A stretch of 64,000 nucleotides of DNA from Amoebophrya sp. A120. Its lineage: Eukaryota; Protista; Dinoflagellata. The stretch spans positions 1 to 64,000 of the forward strand of contig CAJINV010000009.1 in assembly GCA_905178155.1 (NCBI GenBank). The letters are read 5' to 3'. The position numbers and the translations under genes are program-made. The notes under the pieces were generated by a model. The model was not told the DNA's origin. It made no database searches and worked only from the letters and a program-made list of their open reading frames with translations. Positions 12,189 through 22,800 of this stretch are shown here, in pieces; position 1 is the stretch's first letter; each line of letters begins with the position of its first letter.

Positions 12189-14421
12189 ATGAGCCGAGGC
12201 AGTCAGAGACGCGGGACACTGGCAGCTCTGCCTTTCGGCATCTCCGCCGCGACTGCAGCTGCACTGCCAGCCATCGAAAGCGAGAACTTTCTGGCAAAGA
12301 ACAATCGCAAGAACCTCCGAAGAACGAAAACCAGTGCGCCCGAACGTTCGCACTCAAAGAACCACAAGCGAGCGTCGCTCCTACAAAGGGGTGTAGTGCA
12401 GACTCAACCACATCCGCGGGAGGAAATCGAAAAACGGTGCAGCTATCACACCGGAATATACAACCGTGACTCTCCTGATGAGATTCAGAAGTTTGAAGTG
12501 TACAGCGTGAAAGAAAACGCATCCTGGTGGTGTTGCCGGAGTTCACAAGCTACAATGACACGACCGGGGAACCCCGCGTCGTGGAAAAAACCGCAGAGCT
12601 ATGTGAGGAGTTCGCCAGCCGCTCGGTCTTCGAAAAAAAACTCAGTAACAAAATCAAGTGGGACGTTGTGGTTCCCTTGTTTCGCCCCGGAGCACAGTAC
12701 AAGGAGGACGACGCGGAAACAGGCAGCCGCTACTTTTACTGGGGGCGGAAGGGCAGCGCCAACACCTGGGGCACGAGGACCAACGGCGACAGCAACAAGG
12801 GCATGGTTTCGAGCAACGCGGGCACGCGAGCCACCAGCTTCCAGGTGATGGACAGGATCATGGACGTGGTGGCCCACGTCGCCACCCAGCAAGTCATCGT
12901 GGCGGGTCATTCCGGCGGAGCCCAGTTCGTGCAGCGCTGGTCCCTGGTTTCTCAGATGCACATCCCAGAAGAAAAGGACTTCCGCGTGCAGTTGGTCTTC
13001 GGCAGCGCCAGTTCCTACGGCTACCTCGACCACCTGCGGCCCACGAAGGAGTGGAAAGCGTCGCAGTGTCTCGGCGGCAGTAAGAGCGCGTCCTGCTACG
13101 CGCCGGACCAAGTTCTCGGCGGTCCGTCAGCCAGCAAGTGGACCGCGAGCCTGCACGACCAGGTACCGGACGAATTGAAGGAGGCAATGCACCAAAAGGG
13201 TGCTGTGAGCGACAGGGAGGACATTGTTGGCAACGCCACGTCTTACATGCCTGTTCGCTCCTGGGAGGATCTTGACAGGGATCAGTGCCCGAAGCAGTTT
13301 TGGCCCGAGCTGCTTCGCAGCAAGATGCATTGCGAACAAACTCCCGCGGCCGGCATTTTGTACGTGAATGATTATTCCGATGAATCCGACAGGATTAGTA
13401 TTGAGAAAGTGATGGACGTGAGCCAGTATCTGCGGACCGAGTACTTTCCCAGATTTCAGACCCACATTGTGATTAACGAAGGCGACCGCTGTGCCTGCCT
13501 GGACAGCCCCGAGGGTTCCGCCAAGGAGAAAACTTTTGGCGATTATGTTCGCAACAAAGAGACGAACAACTACGGCAATTGGATTTTTCCCGACGACTAC
13601 TGCATACCGAATTGAAAACACTTCTTACCCTTTCCGAGTCGATGTTTTTAGGACCAATCTTGATGTTGCTTGATTTTTATTATCCAGGCCGTGAACTAGA
13701 ATGGAAAAGGAAATCGAAATGGATATAAGAATTATTTGCGTCGTTAATGATGTAGCTCTTGTGCTGGTAGTTGTACTAGCAGCGCGATCCGCTTGATTCG
13801 TTCAATATCCCTGGTTTGTTGTGCATTCAGACTCGGAGAGCAAAGGAGGAAGTGTTTTTTCCAGACGGATACATGACCCCCGGAAGCTTTTCCGATACGT
13901 GGCTTGATGCCTGCGCCTTTCCCATCCAGGGCAAGCACGTGGACGCCCGGAAGCTTGCGTGGGCGCAGGGCCTCAGCCGGTACCAGCGAGGGTGGGCCTA
14001 CTACTACTGGCTGCGCTTTCACGCCGGCGATCGGTACCTTCCGGAGGAGGAATTGCAGGCTTTGGAAAAGTATTCCGTGAAGCCCGGTTTTGGGGACGAC
14101 GACAACCTGGGGCAGCAGGACACGCATGACAATGAACTGTCGCGCGCTCTGGTGCAGTTTCACCACCATTCCACTTTCCGCCACACCTGGACCAATGCCA
14201 AAAGGCGCATCCGATACCTGCTCAAGCGTCGCAACTACCACCGAAACAAACCCCCGAACACGCGGAAATCGAACCGGTACGCCGGCTACTACGCGAAGAA
14301 GCTGGGTGAGGTACGTGTCGCGCTGTCCGAGGAGGCGGTGACGGAGCTGGGCTCGGCGGCAGAGCTACTCGACGTTGCTCAATTGACTGTCGAGGACAAA
14401 GTGGAGTCGCTCTTTCAGTAG
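12189..14421 (+). CDS. Putative secreted alpha/beta hydrolase
   Basis: Hydrophobic N-terminus and VAGHSGGAQFVQRW nucleophile elbow (GxSxG). Frame change near 12497-12530 (intron or indel). Intron 13606-13826 bounded by tgcat repeats joins DDYCI|QTRRAKE. Confidence 0.6.
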
Positions 14422-15310
14422 AAGCGGCAGCGTCACATATCTTGCATAAGAGTAAGGGAAATAACACGACTAAAAGAATTGCCAAACCAGGATCTGCCCG
14501 TCACACAGCATTCTCGTTTTCAATTACAAGTTACCATAGTTCATTGCATGCCTTTGTTCACAAGTGTTAACATCACACATCCTGCGCATTAAGAGTAGCA
14601 GAAACTTTCATTTTCCCCGCAATCTTCCCGACCGACAGACGAAATTAAGACCCACTACTTTTCTTCTTCCAAGAAAGGATGTCGAGTTCGGAACCCGAAC
14701 AACCTGCCGAAGTGGTAAGATTTTCCTTTCCACAACTCAAATGTGCCTTGTCATCTGACGTACAATATTTTCATTATTTTCCAGGAGAAAAACAAAAAGC
14801 AATATTCGACAAGGACAACCCCGAACAAGATGCTGAATATGTTTTCCCATCTGTAACCCCATACGTAGGACAAAATTTTTTTTCGTGTTTATTGAGCCTC
14901 ATCGTTTTTAATGCCGCAGTGGGTGCGTGTTCAAGGGATTGGGATTCGAAATCGAATTCGATCGAGTGATAACTCATGAGGGATTGTGTTTCGTCGCCTC
15001 GTCGGCAATAGCTTTCTATTCTCTCTTCGTACTTTCCGGTGAAGCAGTGTCGTAATACATGAAGGGTAAGGATTCTACTTTGTTTTCTTCGCGATCTTGT
15101 TCTGGGCTTGGGGTAAGATTGATAACGTGTTGATCTTTATGCTCTTAGCGCTTGCCTTAACCAGAAAGTGTTTGCATGCCGCAGACTCACCAAATCCAAA
15201 ATTGCGATTTAGAAAAACAAAAGTACAACTACGTCGAGAGAACCAACAGCTTACCTTCGCACTACGAAGATTTATACCTAATCGGCAGAGCAGAAGTTCG
15301 AGAAAAAATC

Positions 15311-16576
15311 ATGACTGTCATCACCACTTCACCGCAGCAAAGCCCGTCCGCGGCGCTTTCCAAGGGGCTGTCCTCCATCGACCAGGACGGCAAAGCCGCG
15401 ACCAGCCACACGCCGGTGACGAACTCGCCCGCTTCTTCCGAGTCCGGACAGGAGCTCTCCTCTCCGGAAGAGCATCAGGACGTGGAGACAACCCCTTTCG
15501 GTGCGAAACAAAAGCTGCGCATTTCCGCGCACGCGAAGCAGGTGTCGGACGACCTGAAGAAGTGCGAGAAGGAGCAGGAGGTTTTGCTGAAAGAGAACAA
15601 GCAGCGGTGGGTGACCTTTCCCATCCACTACCCCGAAATCTGGGAGATGTACAAGCAGCACGAGGCCTCCTTCTGGACCGCGGAGGAGATCGACCTGACG
15701 GCCGACATGGCGGACTGGGACGGGAAGCTGACGGAGAAGGAGAAGCACTTTCTGAAGCACGTGCTCGCGTTCTTCGCGGGCTCCGACGGCATCGTGCTGG
15801 AAAACTTGAACATCAACTTCGCGTCCGAAGTGCAGCTGCCGGAAGCCCGCGCGTTCTACGGGTTCCAGGCCGGCATGGAGAACATCCACTCGGAAACCTA
15901 CTCCCTGCTGATCGACCAGTGCTGCCGCAACGACGAGCAGGAGAAGCAGAAGCTGTTTCACGCGATCACCACCATCCCGGTGATCAATAAAAAGGCCAGT
16001 TGGGCCGCGAGCTGGATGAACAACGAGCTGTGCTTCGCCATGCGGCTGATCGCGTTCGCGTGCGTGGAGGGGATCCTGTTCTCCGGGTCGTTCTGCGCCA
16101 TCTACTGGCTGAAGAAGCGCGGCCTGATGCCGGGGCTCACCTTCAGCAACGAGCTGATCGCCCGCGACGAGGGGCTGCACGCGGATTTCGCCTGTTTGCT
16201 CTACAACATGCTGCAGAACAAGTTGCCCGAAGAGATCGTGTTCGAAATCGTCCGCGGAGCGGTTGACGTGGAAAAGGATTTCATCTGCGACGCGCTCAGC
16301 TGCGACCTGATCGGCATGAACGCGAAACTGATGCAACAGTACATCGAATTCGTGGCCGACCGGTTGTTGGTCTCGTTGCACTACAACAAACTCTACAACG
16401 TGAAGAACCCCTTCGACTGGATGGAGCTCATCTCGCTGCAGGGCAAAACCAACTTCTTCGAGAAGCGGGTCGGCGACTACCAGAAGGCCGGGGTCATGAA
16501 GGCGGCCGAGGGAGCGGGGAACGGAACCAACACCGGCGCGGAAATGCACGGTTTCTCGATCGATGAGGACTTCTAA
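15311..16576 (+). CDS. RNR2: Ribonucleoside-diphosphate reductase small subunit, copy 1
   Basis: [47 protein letters not shown] and C-terminal DEDF; intronless. Confidence 0.97.
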   Translation: MTVITTSPQQSPSAALSKGLSSIDQDGKAATSHTPVTNSPASSESGQELSSPEEHQDVETTPFGAKQKLRISAHAKQVSDDLKKCEKEQEVLLKENKQRWVTFPIHYPEIWEMYKQHEASFWTAEEIDLTADMADWDGKLTEKEKHFLKHVLAFFAGSDGIVLENLNINFASEVQLPEARAFYGFQAGMENIHSETYSLLIDQCCRNDEQEKQKLFHAITTIPVINKKASWAASWMNNELCFAMRLIAFACVEGILFSGSFCAIYWLKKRGLMPGLTFSNELIARDEGLHADFACLLYNMLQNKLPEEIVFEIVRGAVDVEKDFICDALSCDLIGMNAKLMQQYIEFVADRLLVSLHYNKLYNVKNPFDWMELISLQGKTNFFEKRVGDYQKAGVMKAAEGAGNGTNTGAEMHGFSIDEDF

Positions 16577-17634
16577 GGAAGTGGCTGTGCTCAGGTCTCA
16601 CGTAAGATAGTCAGAATTTTGTACCTCGATGAAAATGAAATTGATGCGGACAAGCGAAAGCTGCTGAATCTCGAAACGAAAACCTCGGCCTCATACGAAC
16701 TGAATTTTGGTGCTACTGCTGGGACTTGCGTTTTATCCCGTTCGGGGCTGCTGCAAGTAGTGTGCATTATGCATTTCAAATATGTTGAAGTGAACGTAGT
16801 AAAATTGAGCTCGTCGTCCCATTGTATACTCATAAATGTATGATGATTTGTTTTTCTAGTCTTAGTAAACCGTTGAACTTCTTTTCCAGTGTACAGACTT
16901 GGTTGTTGCAGCACGCGACGTATCTTCTAAAAGTCTTCTTACAAAAGGAGGGTTTTAGTTGCACGGTGTAGTAGGTAGCAGGGAGAGGTTTCCTGCTTGT
17001 CCAGAAATAACTAGAGCAACTCACGGCAAAGGGAAAGAGCTTCTAAACTCTCAATTTCTTGCTTTAGAAAATATTATGTCGGACTTTCTTTAGTTTCCTG
17101 TACGAGTCGTTGCAAGCGCAATCCGCTGAAAAGCCAAAGGAAAACCGATGCCGAAGAGATAAGACGCTCGTATGTTTTGTGTCCAGTAGAAGTGCACTTG
17201 TTGAGTTTCAATTTTCTCGTGTTTAAACCTCATCTTTGTTAATGCCTCGGATGCGTGTTCATCGGATTCGATCGAGTGATAACTCATGAGGGATTGCGTT
17301 TCGTCGGCTCGTCGGCAATAGCTTTCTATTCTCTCGTCGTACTTTCCGGTGGAGCAGTGTCGTAGTACATGAAGGGTAAAGATTCTACTTTGTTTGCTTC
17401 GCGATCTTGTTCTGGGCTTGGGGTAAGATTGACGTGTTGATCGTGATGCTCTTAGCGCTTGCCTTAGCCAGAAAGTGTTTTCATGCCGCAAACACACCAA
17501 ACCCAAAATTGCGATTTAGAAAAACAAAAGTACAACTACTTCGAGAGAACCAACAGCTTAGTTTCGCACTACGAAGATTTATTTCGTCGGCTTGAAATAC
17601 CGAATCGGCGAAGCAGAAGCTCGAAAAAAAAATC

Positions 17635-18903
17635 ATGACTGTCATCACCACTTCACCGCAGCAAAGCCCGTCCGCGGCGCTTTCCAAGGGGCTTTCTTCT
17701 ATCGACCAGGACAGCAAGGTCGCGAGCATCGACACGCCGGTGACGAACTCGCCCGCTTCTTCCGAGTCCGGACAGGAGCTCTCCTCTCCGGAAGAGCGTG
17801 AGGACCACGTGGAGACCACCCCTTTCGGTGCGAAACAAAAGCTGCGCATCTCCGCGCACGCGAAGCAGGTGTCGGACGATTTGAAGACGTGCGAGAAGGA
17901 GCAGGAGGTTTTGCTGAAAGAGAACAAGCAACGGTGGGTGACCTTTCCCATCCACTACCCCGAAATCTGGGAGATGTACAAGCAGCACGAGGCCTCCTTC
18001 TGGACCGCGGAGGAGATCGACTTAACGGCCGACATGGCGGACTGGGACGGGAAGCTGACGGAGAAGGAGAAGCACTTTCTGAAGCACGTGCTCGCGTTCT
18101 TCGCGGGCTCCGACGGCATCGTGCTGGAAAACTTGAACATCAACTTCGCGTCCGAAGTGCAGCTGCCGGAAGCCCGCGCGTTCTACGGGTTCCAGGCCGG
18201 CATGGAGAACATCCACTCGGAAACCTACTCCCTGCTGATCGACCAGTGCTGCCGCAACGACGAGCAGGAGAAGCAGAAGCTGTTTCACGCGATCACCACC
18301 ATCCCGGTGATCAATAAAAAGGCCAGTTGGGCCGCGAGCTGGATGAACAACGAGCTGTGCTTCGCCATGCGGCTGATCGCGTTCGCGTGCGTGGAGGGGA
18401 TCCTGTTCTCCGGGTCGTTCTGCGCCATCTACTGGCTGAAGAAGCGCGGCCTGATGCCGGGGCTCACCTTCAGCAACGAGCTGATCGCCCGCGACGAGGG
18501 GCTGCACGCGGATTTCGCCTGTTTGCTCTACAACATGCTGCAGAACAAGTTGCCCGAAGAGATCGTGTTCGAAATCGTCCGCGGAGCGGTTGACGTGGAA
18601 AAGGATTTCATCTGCGACGCGCTCAGCTGCGACCTGATCGGCATGAACGCGAAACTGATGCAACAGTACATCGAATTCGTGGCCGACCGGTTGTTGGTCT
18701 CGTTGCACTACAACAAACTCTACAACGTGAAGAACCCCTTCGACTGGATGGAGCTCATCTCGCTGCAGGGCAAAACCAACTTCTTCGAGAAGCGGGTCGG
18801 CGACTACCAGAAGGCCGGGGTCATGAAGGCGGCCGAGGGAGCGGGGAACGGAACCAACACCGGCGCGGAAATGCACGGTTTCTCGATCGATGAGGACTTC
18901 TAA
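17635..18903 (+). CDS. RNR2: Ribonucleoside-diphosphate reductase small subunit, copy 2
   Basis: Same motifs as copy 1; protein differs only in the N-terminal extension. Confidence 0.97.
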   Translation: MTVITTSPQQSPSAALSKGLSSIDQDSKVASIDTPVTNSPASSESGQELSSPEEREDHVETTPFGAKQKLRISAHAKQVSDDLKTCEKEQEVLLKENKQRWVTFPIHYPEIWEMYKQHEASFWTAEEIDLTADMADWDGKLTEKEKHFLKHVLAFFAGSDGIVLENLNINFASEVQLPEARAFYGFQAGMENIHSETYSLLIDQCCRNDEQEKQKLFHAITTIPVINKKASWAASWMNNELCFAMRLIAFACVEGILFSGSFCAIYWLKKRGLMPGLTFSNELIARDEGLHADFACLLYNMLQNKLPEEIVFEIVRGAVDVEKDFICDALSCDLIGMNAKLMQQYIEFVADRLLVSLHYNKLYNVKNPFDWMELISLQGKTNFFEKRVGDYQKAGVMKAAEGAGNGTNTGAEMHGFSIDEDF

Positions 18904-19875
18904 GGAAGTGGCTGTGCTCAGGTCTCACGTAAGATAGTCAGAATTTTGTACCTCGATGAAAATGAAATTGATGCGGACAAGCGAAAGCTGCTGAATCTCG
19001 AAACGAAAACCTCGGCTTCATACGAACTGAATTTTGGTGCTACTGCTGGGACTTGCGTTTTATCCCGTTCGGGGCTGCTGCAAGTAGTGTGCATTATGCA
19101 TTTCAAAAATGTTGAAGTGAACGTAGTAAAATTGAGCTCGTCGTCCCACTGTACTGGTACTGATAAATGTATGATGATTTGTTTTCCTTCTCTTTACCGA
19201 AATAAACTTTTGAACTTCTTTTCCAGTGTACAGACTTGGTTGTTGCAGCAAGCGACGTATCTTCTAAAAGTCTTCTTACAAAAGGAGGGTTTTAGTTGCA
19301 CGCTTGTCCAGAAGTGAGTAGAGCAACTCACGGCAAAGGGGAGGAGCTTCTAAACTCTCAATTTCGTGCTGAAGAAAATATTATTTCGAACTTTCTTTAT
19401 TTTCCTGTACGAGTCGTTGCAAGCCAAGGGAAAACCGACGCCGAAGGAAGATAAGACGCTCGTATGTTTTGTGTCCAGTAGAAGTGCTGTGGTGTGCAGA
19501 ATGAATTCAAATTTATCGCTCAATGCGAGCTGGTGTACGAAGCGGCAAGCTTTTGTCTGGTTGCGGCGTTGGGAACCTCAACGCAATGTAGTTCGGGGAA
19601 GGAGAAGAAAAAGCGTACCTGCTAGAGCGCACGAACTTTTTTCGAGTGTGCACGCAGGAGCGGATCTGAAGAATGAAACATGAAAGAGTCGAAGGCCTTG
19701 CCGGCTCTATGATTGAGGGAGACCAAGTGTAACTGACGAGGGGTGCGAATCTTAACAGCTGCAATCATTTTCGCGATAAAAAAGGAAAGAAAAAATTTTT
19801 AGGATGAAAAAAATTTAAAGCGAATATCTGCCGGGCGCTCTTGCCCGGTAGTAGTTCTCTCTCGCCCGCAGCAGA

Positions 19876-22800
19876 ATGACGATGCGCGGCGTTCTTTCTC
19901 GGAGCAACAAAAGGCTCAACGGCGTTGCCATGCGCCTTCTCTGTTTTCTCGTCGCGGTACATTCTACTTCGGGACACGCCTCGCAACTGCAGAAAGCCCT
20001 ACATGAGGAACATTACCAGCACTCCTCGGAAACGCAGACCGGCCGACTCTTCGGCGAGCTCGCGACTGCTACCCTTCAGAGAGCTTCTTCCCGCGCAACT
20101 GCGACAGTCGAAGGCCGTTATGGTGAACAAATCGACCGCGGGGGCCTCGCAGCGAAGGGAGCAAAGAAGGGGTTTCTCCAAGGCGGGGGAGAAGGTGCAG
20201 CACAGGCGCGCCGAGACCACAGTGGTCCTCCTCTAGCAGAGTATCAAAAGTAAAAATGTCTGGGTCTGGAAACTTGTGATGCTGGGTGGCGTCTCATGAT
20301 GAGGCTACAAATGCTGGCTCAGCATGACAAGTTTCTGAGCGCCTAGGTGTTGCCTATTCTGCATGACAAACTGCGCTTCTGCATCACAAAAAAACGGAGC
20401 GCTTGGGTAACGTGCATGACAGATTTAAGAATCATGCCAGACAAGCATGACAAACATAAACTCTTCCAGACCCAGACATTTTTACATTTGATACAGAGCG
20501 ATCGTTCACCATCCCACTGACAAAGCAGTTATGTCTTCAACGGTCGTTAGCGTACAGAAGGGTGAATTTGTATTGCATGGCTTGCATTTAGTTAAAAGAG
20601 AAGGGCGCTGCGTATTAGACACACGAGCCCAAGCATCCCACGCAGCGTGAAGGGCTGCTCGTCGCGCGGTGGCACTTGCAGCACCGAAAGAAGTGGTCCT
20701 GCGGGGGCCCGCCGGACTGTGTAGGGCATATGTAACCAAAGATGGTGAATCGTGGGGCTCTTGTTCATCTGCGCGTCTGCCTCAGAAGTTCCTCTCCGGA
20801 ATGGTCGGGAGGGAGGGCGACGCCTGAACACAGGGGCACTAGTTCAACACGTGCGCTCTCACGAGTTGTGGCTGTGGCTTGGAATTGGATATCTGGGAGT
20901 AGCCTCGGGTGGAAGGGAAGGCACGACTCGGCTACGGGCACTAGCTTGCTTGGCCTGGTGTGCTCAAAAAAGTGCACAGATAGGCCATGGGAAGGAACGC
21001 AAAGGGGGAAAAAGCGGAGTCCTCTGCTGCCCTAAGCCCGTCTGTATTCTGCTGAAAATGCCGCAAGATTTCACGCGCCTGCCGGAAAAATGCGTCAAAG
21101 CTCTCGGCCGGGTCCTTTCGTCCTTGCCTGCCTTCTTGCTTAGTTGTATGCGCTTCGCAGCCTTTATTTCTGGCGTCTTTGCCGCGGCTGCTGCTGCTGC
21201 AGTGCTCTTCTGCGAGAACGGGGAGGCGCAAAAATCTGCCCAAAGAACGGCGCCCGGGCCATGTCCTCTGGCTGCCCACTGCACAAAAGCCCGCGGCTGC
21301 TGCGCGGTGCAGGGCCTTCTACTTCCCAGAACAGGGCCAAGAGGGACAGGGTCCCGGCGGGCTCATCTGCAATTTGTCATGCACAATTCACTACAAATTC
21401 ACCACTTCTCATGCTAACGCGTGTTAAAGCTCTAACTAAGCGATCGCTCACCATCCCGCTGACAAAGCAGAAGGTCGTGTTATTGTGAGGAAAAATCCCC
21501 CCTCCCCATACCAAACCGGGACACTTCTGAAAATTTGTGATGCAGATTTGAGACCACAAATCGTCGCTGTATTGCATGAAGGCAAGTCTACAGGCTCCGC
21601 CACATTCTACAGGCGGTTTGTCATGCTGTTGCTCCTACAGCGTAGACGTCTGCCATGCTACGCGCCTAGGCCAAAACTTGTCTACTCAGGCCTGATATGG
21701 GCCTGCAGTCCTCGCCAGCGAGACAAATCTGATTTGTGTACTCAAATACAGCATCGGGCGTTTGCCGTCACTATGCTACCCTCAAAAATTTATAAGAGGG
21801 TGGCGCGGCGAGCGGCGGTGTTGGCGAGTGGTTCTGCGGGGAGGTCCTTCCCTGCCTGGGAGGTGCTTTGCCTTCTACTACCTACATCCAGTCACAACGT
21901 AGCTGCTTTCACGGTGGAGTTGCGGCATGGTGTGTTTTGGTCGGGGCGGGCGGCCTCGCTGCGTCCCTTGCTGATGGTCTACGCGGTGTTTTCGGCGACG
22001 CCGTACTCTTCTGCAGGGCGCCACGGTGTCCTTTACTACGTCAGCTGGTCCTTCAAGAGCCCTTTCGTCGTCATCCCAGTGCTGTCGTTGACAGACCTCG
22101 GGCTGATAATCCCGTTGCAGGAGGTTCGGTCCTTGGCGCGTCTTCGCCACCGGCAGGAGTCAGGATGGGTAGATGGGTCTCCTCGTTGTTGCTTGAGCTT
22201 GCTCAGGTCTTCGCTGCTTTCGGTGGTTGGTGGCCGCTCTTGAGTTTCAGGTGTGGGTCGGAGTTCGTTTGCCTCTCGTCAGTTTGGACGGAGTGCTCTC
22301 GTTCAGCCACCCCCCGGCGGTCGACTGTCGGCTATCTGGCTCCCCCAGCTCATGATTGCAGTGTTGGCTGGTGACGACGAGGTTGCGGACAGTTGACTTG
22401 TCATCTGTCTGGTTCGCCTATTTTGCTGCCACGACTGTTTGGTCCCCGGTCCCCTGAGGCGGGGGGATACGGGTTACCTGGTCGGGATGTCGCGCGGAAG
22501 GTGTCTCTCACGTCCCTTGCTCTTCGTACTCGCCGCTGAGTACAGTCGAGCACCTTGGTTGATCGCCACACTGTTTCATAGTGCTGAAACGACCCGGCTT
22601 TCACTAGGGGGAGCATTCGTACACTTTGTGCCCTCCGGGACTATGCCTCTGCTTCCGTCTAAACTGAGGGGTCCACTTATCCCTCTCGGTATTCGGTCGC
22701 AGAGAAGGGTTGCCGGGGTCTCCCTCGCATCGGTTCTCGATGTCGGGTGTGAGTTTGTAACTGCGGGGGCAGTGGTTGGCTTAGGTTTGCGGAGTACATC

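Larger units (their letters stand above)
14870..19490 (+). repeat. About 2.3-kb tandem segmental duplication containing the RNR small subunit gene (boundaries approximate)
   Basis: Upstream flanks (about 14870-15310 vs 17210-17634) and downstream flanks (16577-17197 vs 18904-19487) are homologous. Confidence 0.85.

Noticed and set aside
15329-18876. Long minus-strand ORFs (406 and 284 aa), and similar ones at 29842-32847
   Set aside because: Antisense shadows of GC3-biased + strand genes.
22600-22650. GHKVYEC zinc-knuckle-like peptide on the minus strand of the 1.2-kb insert
   Set aside because: The upstream cysteines are missing and a stop follows; too weak to call gag.
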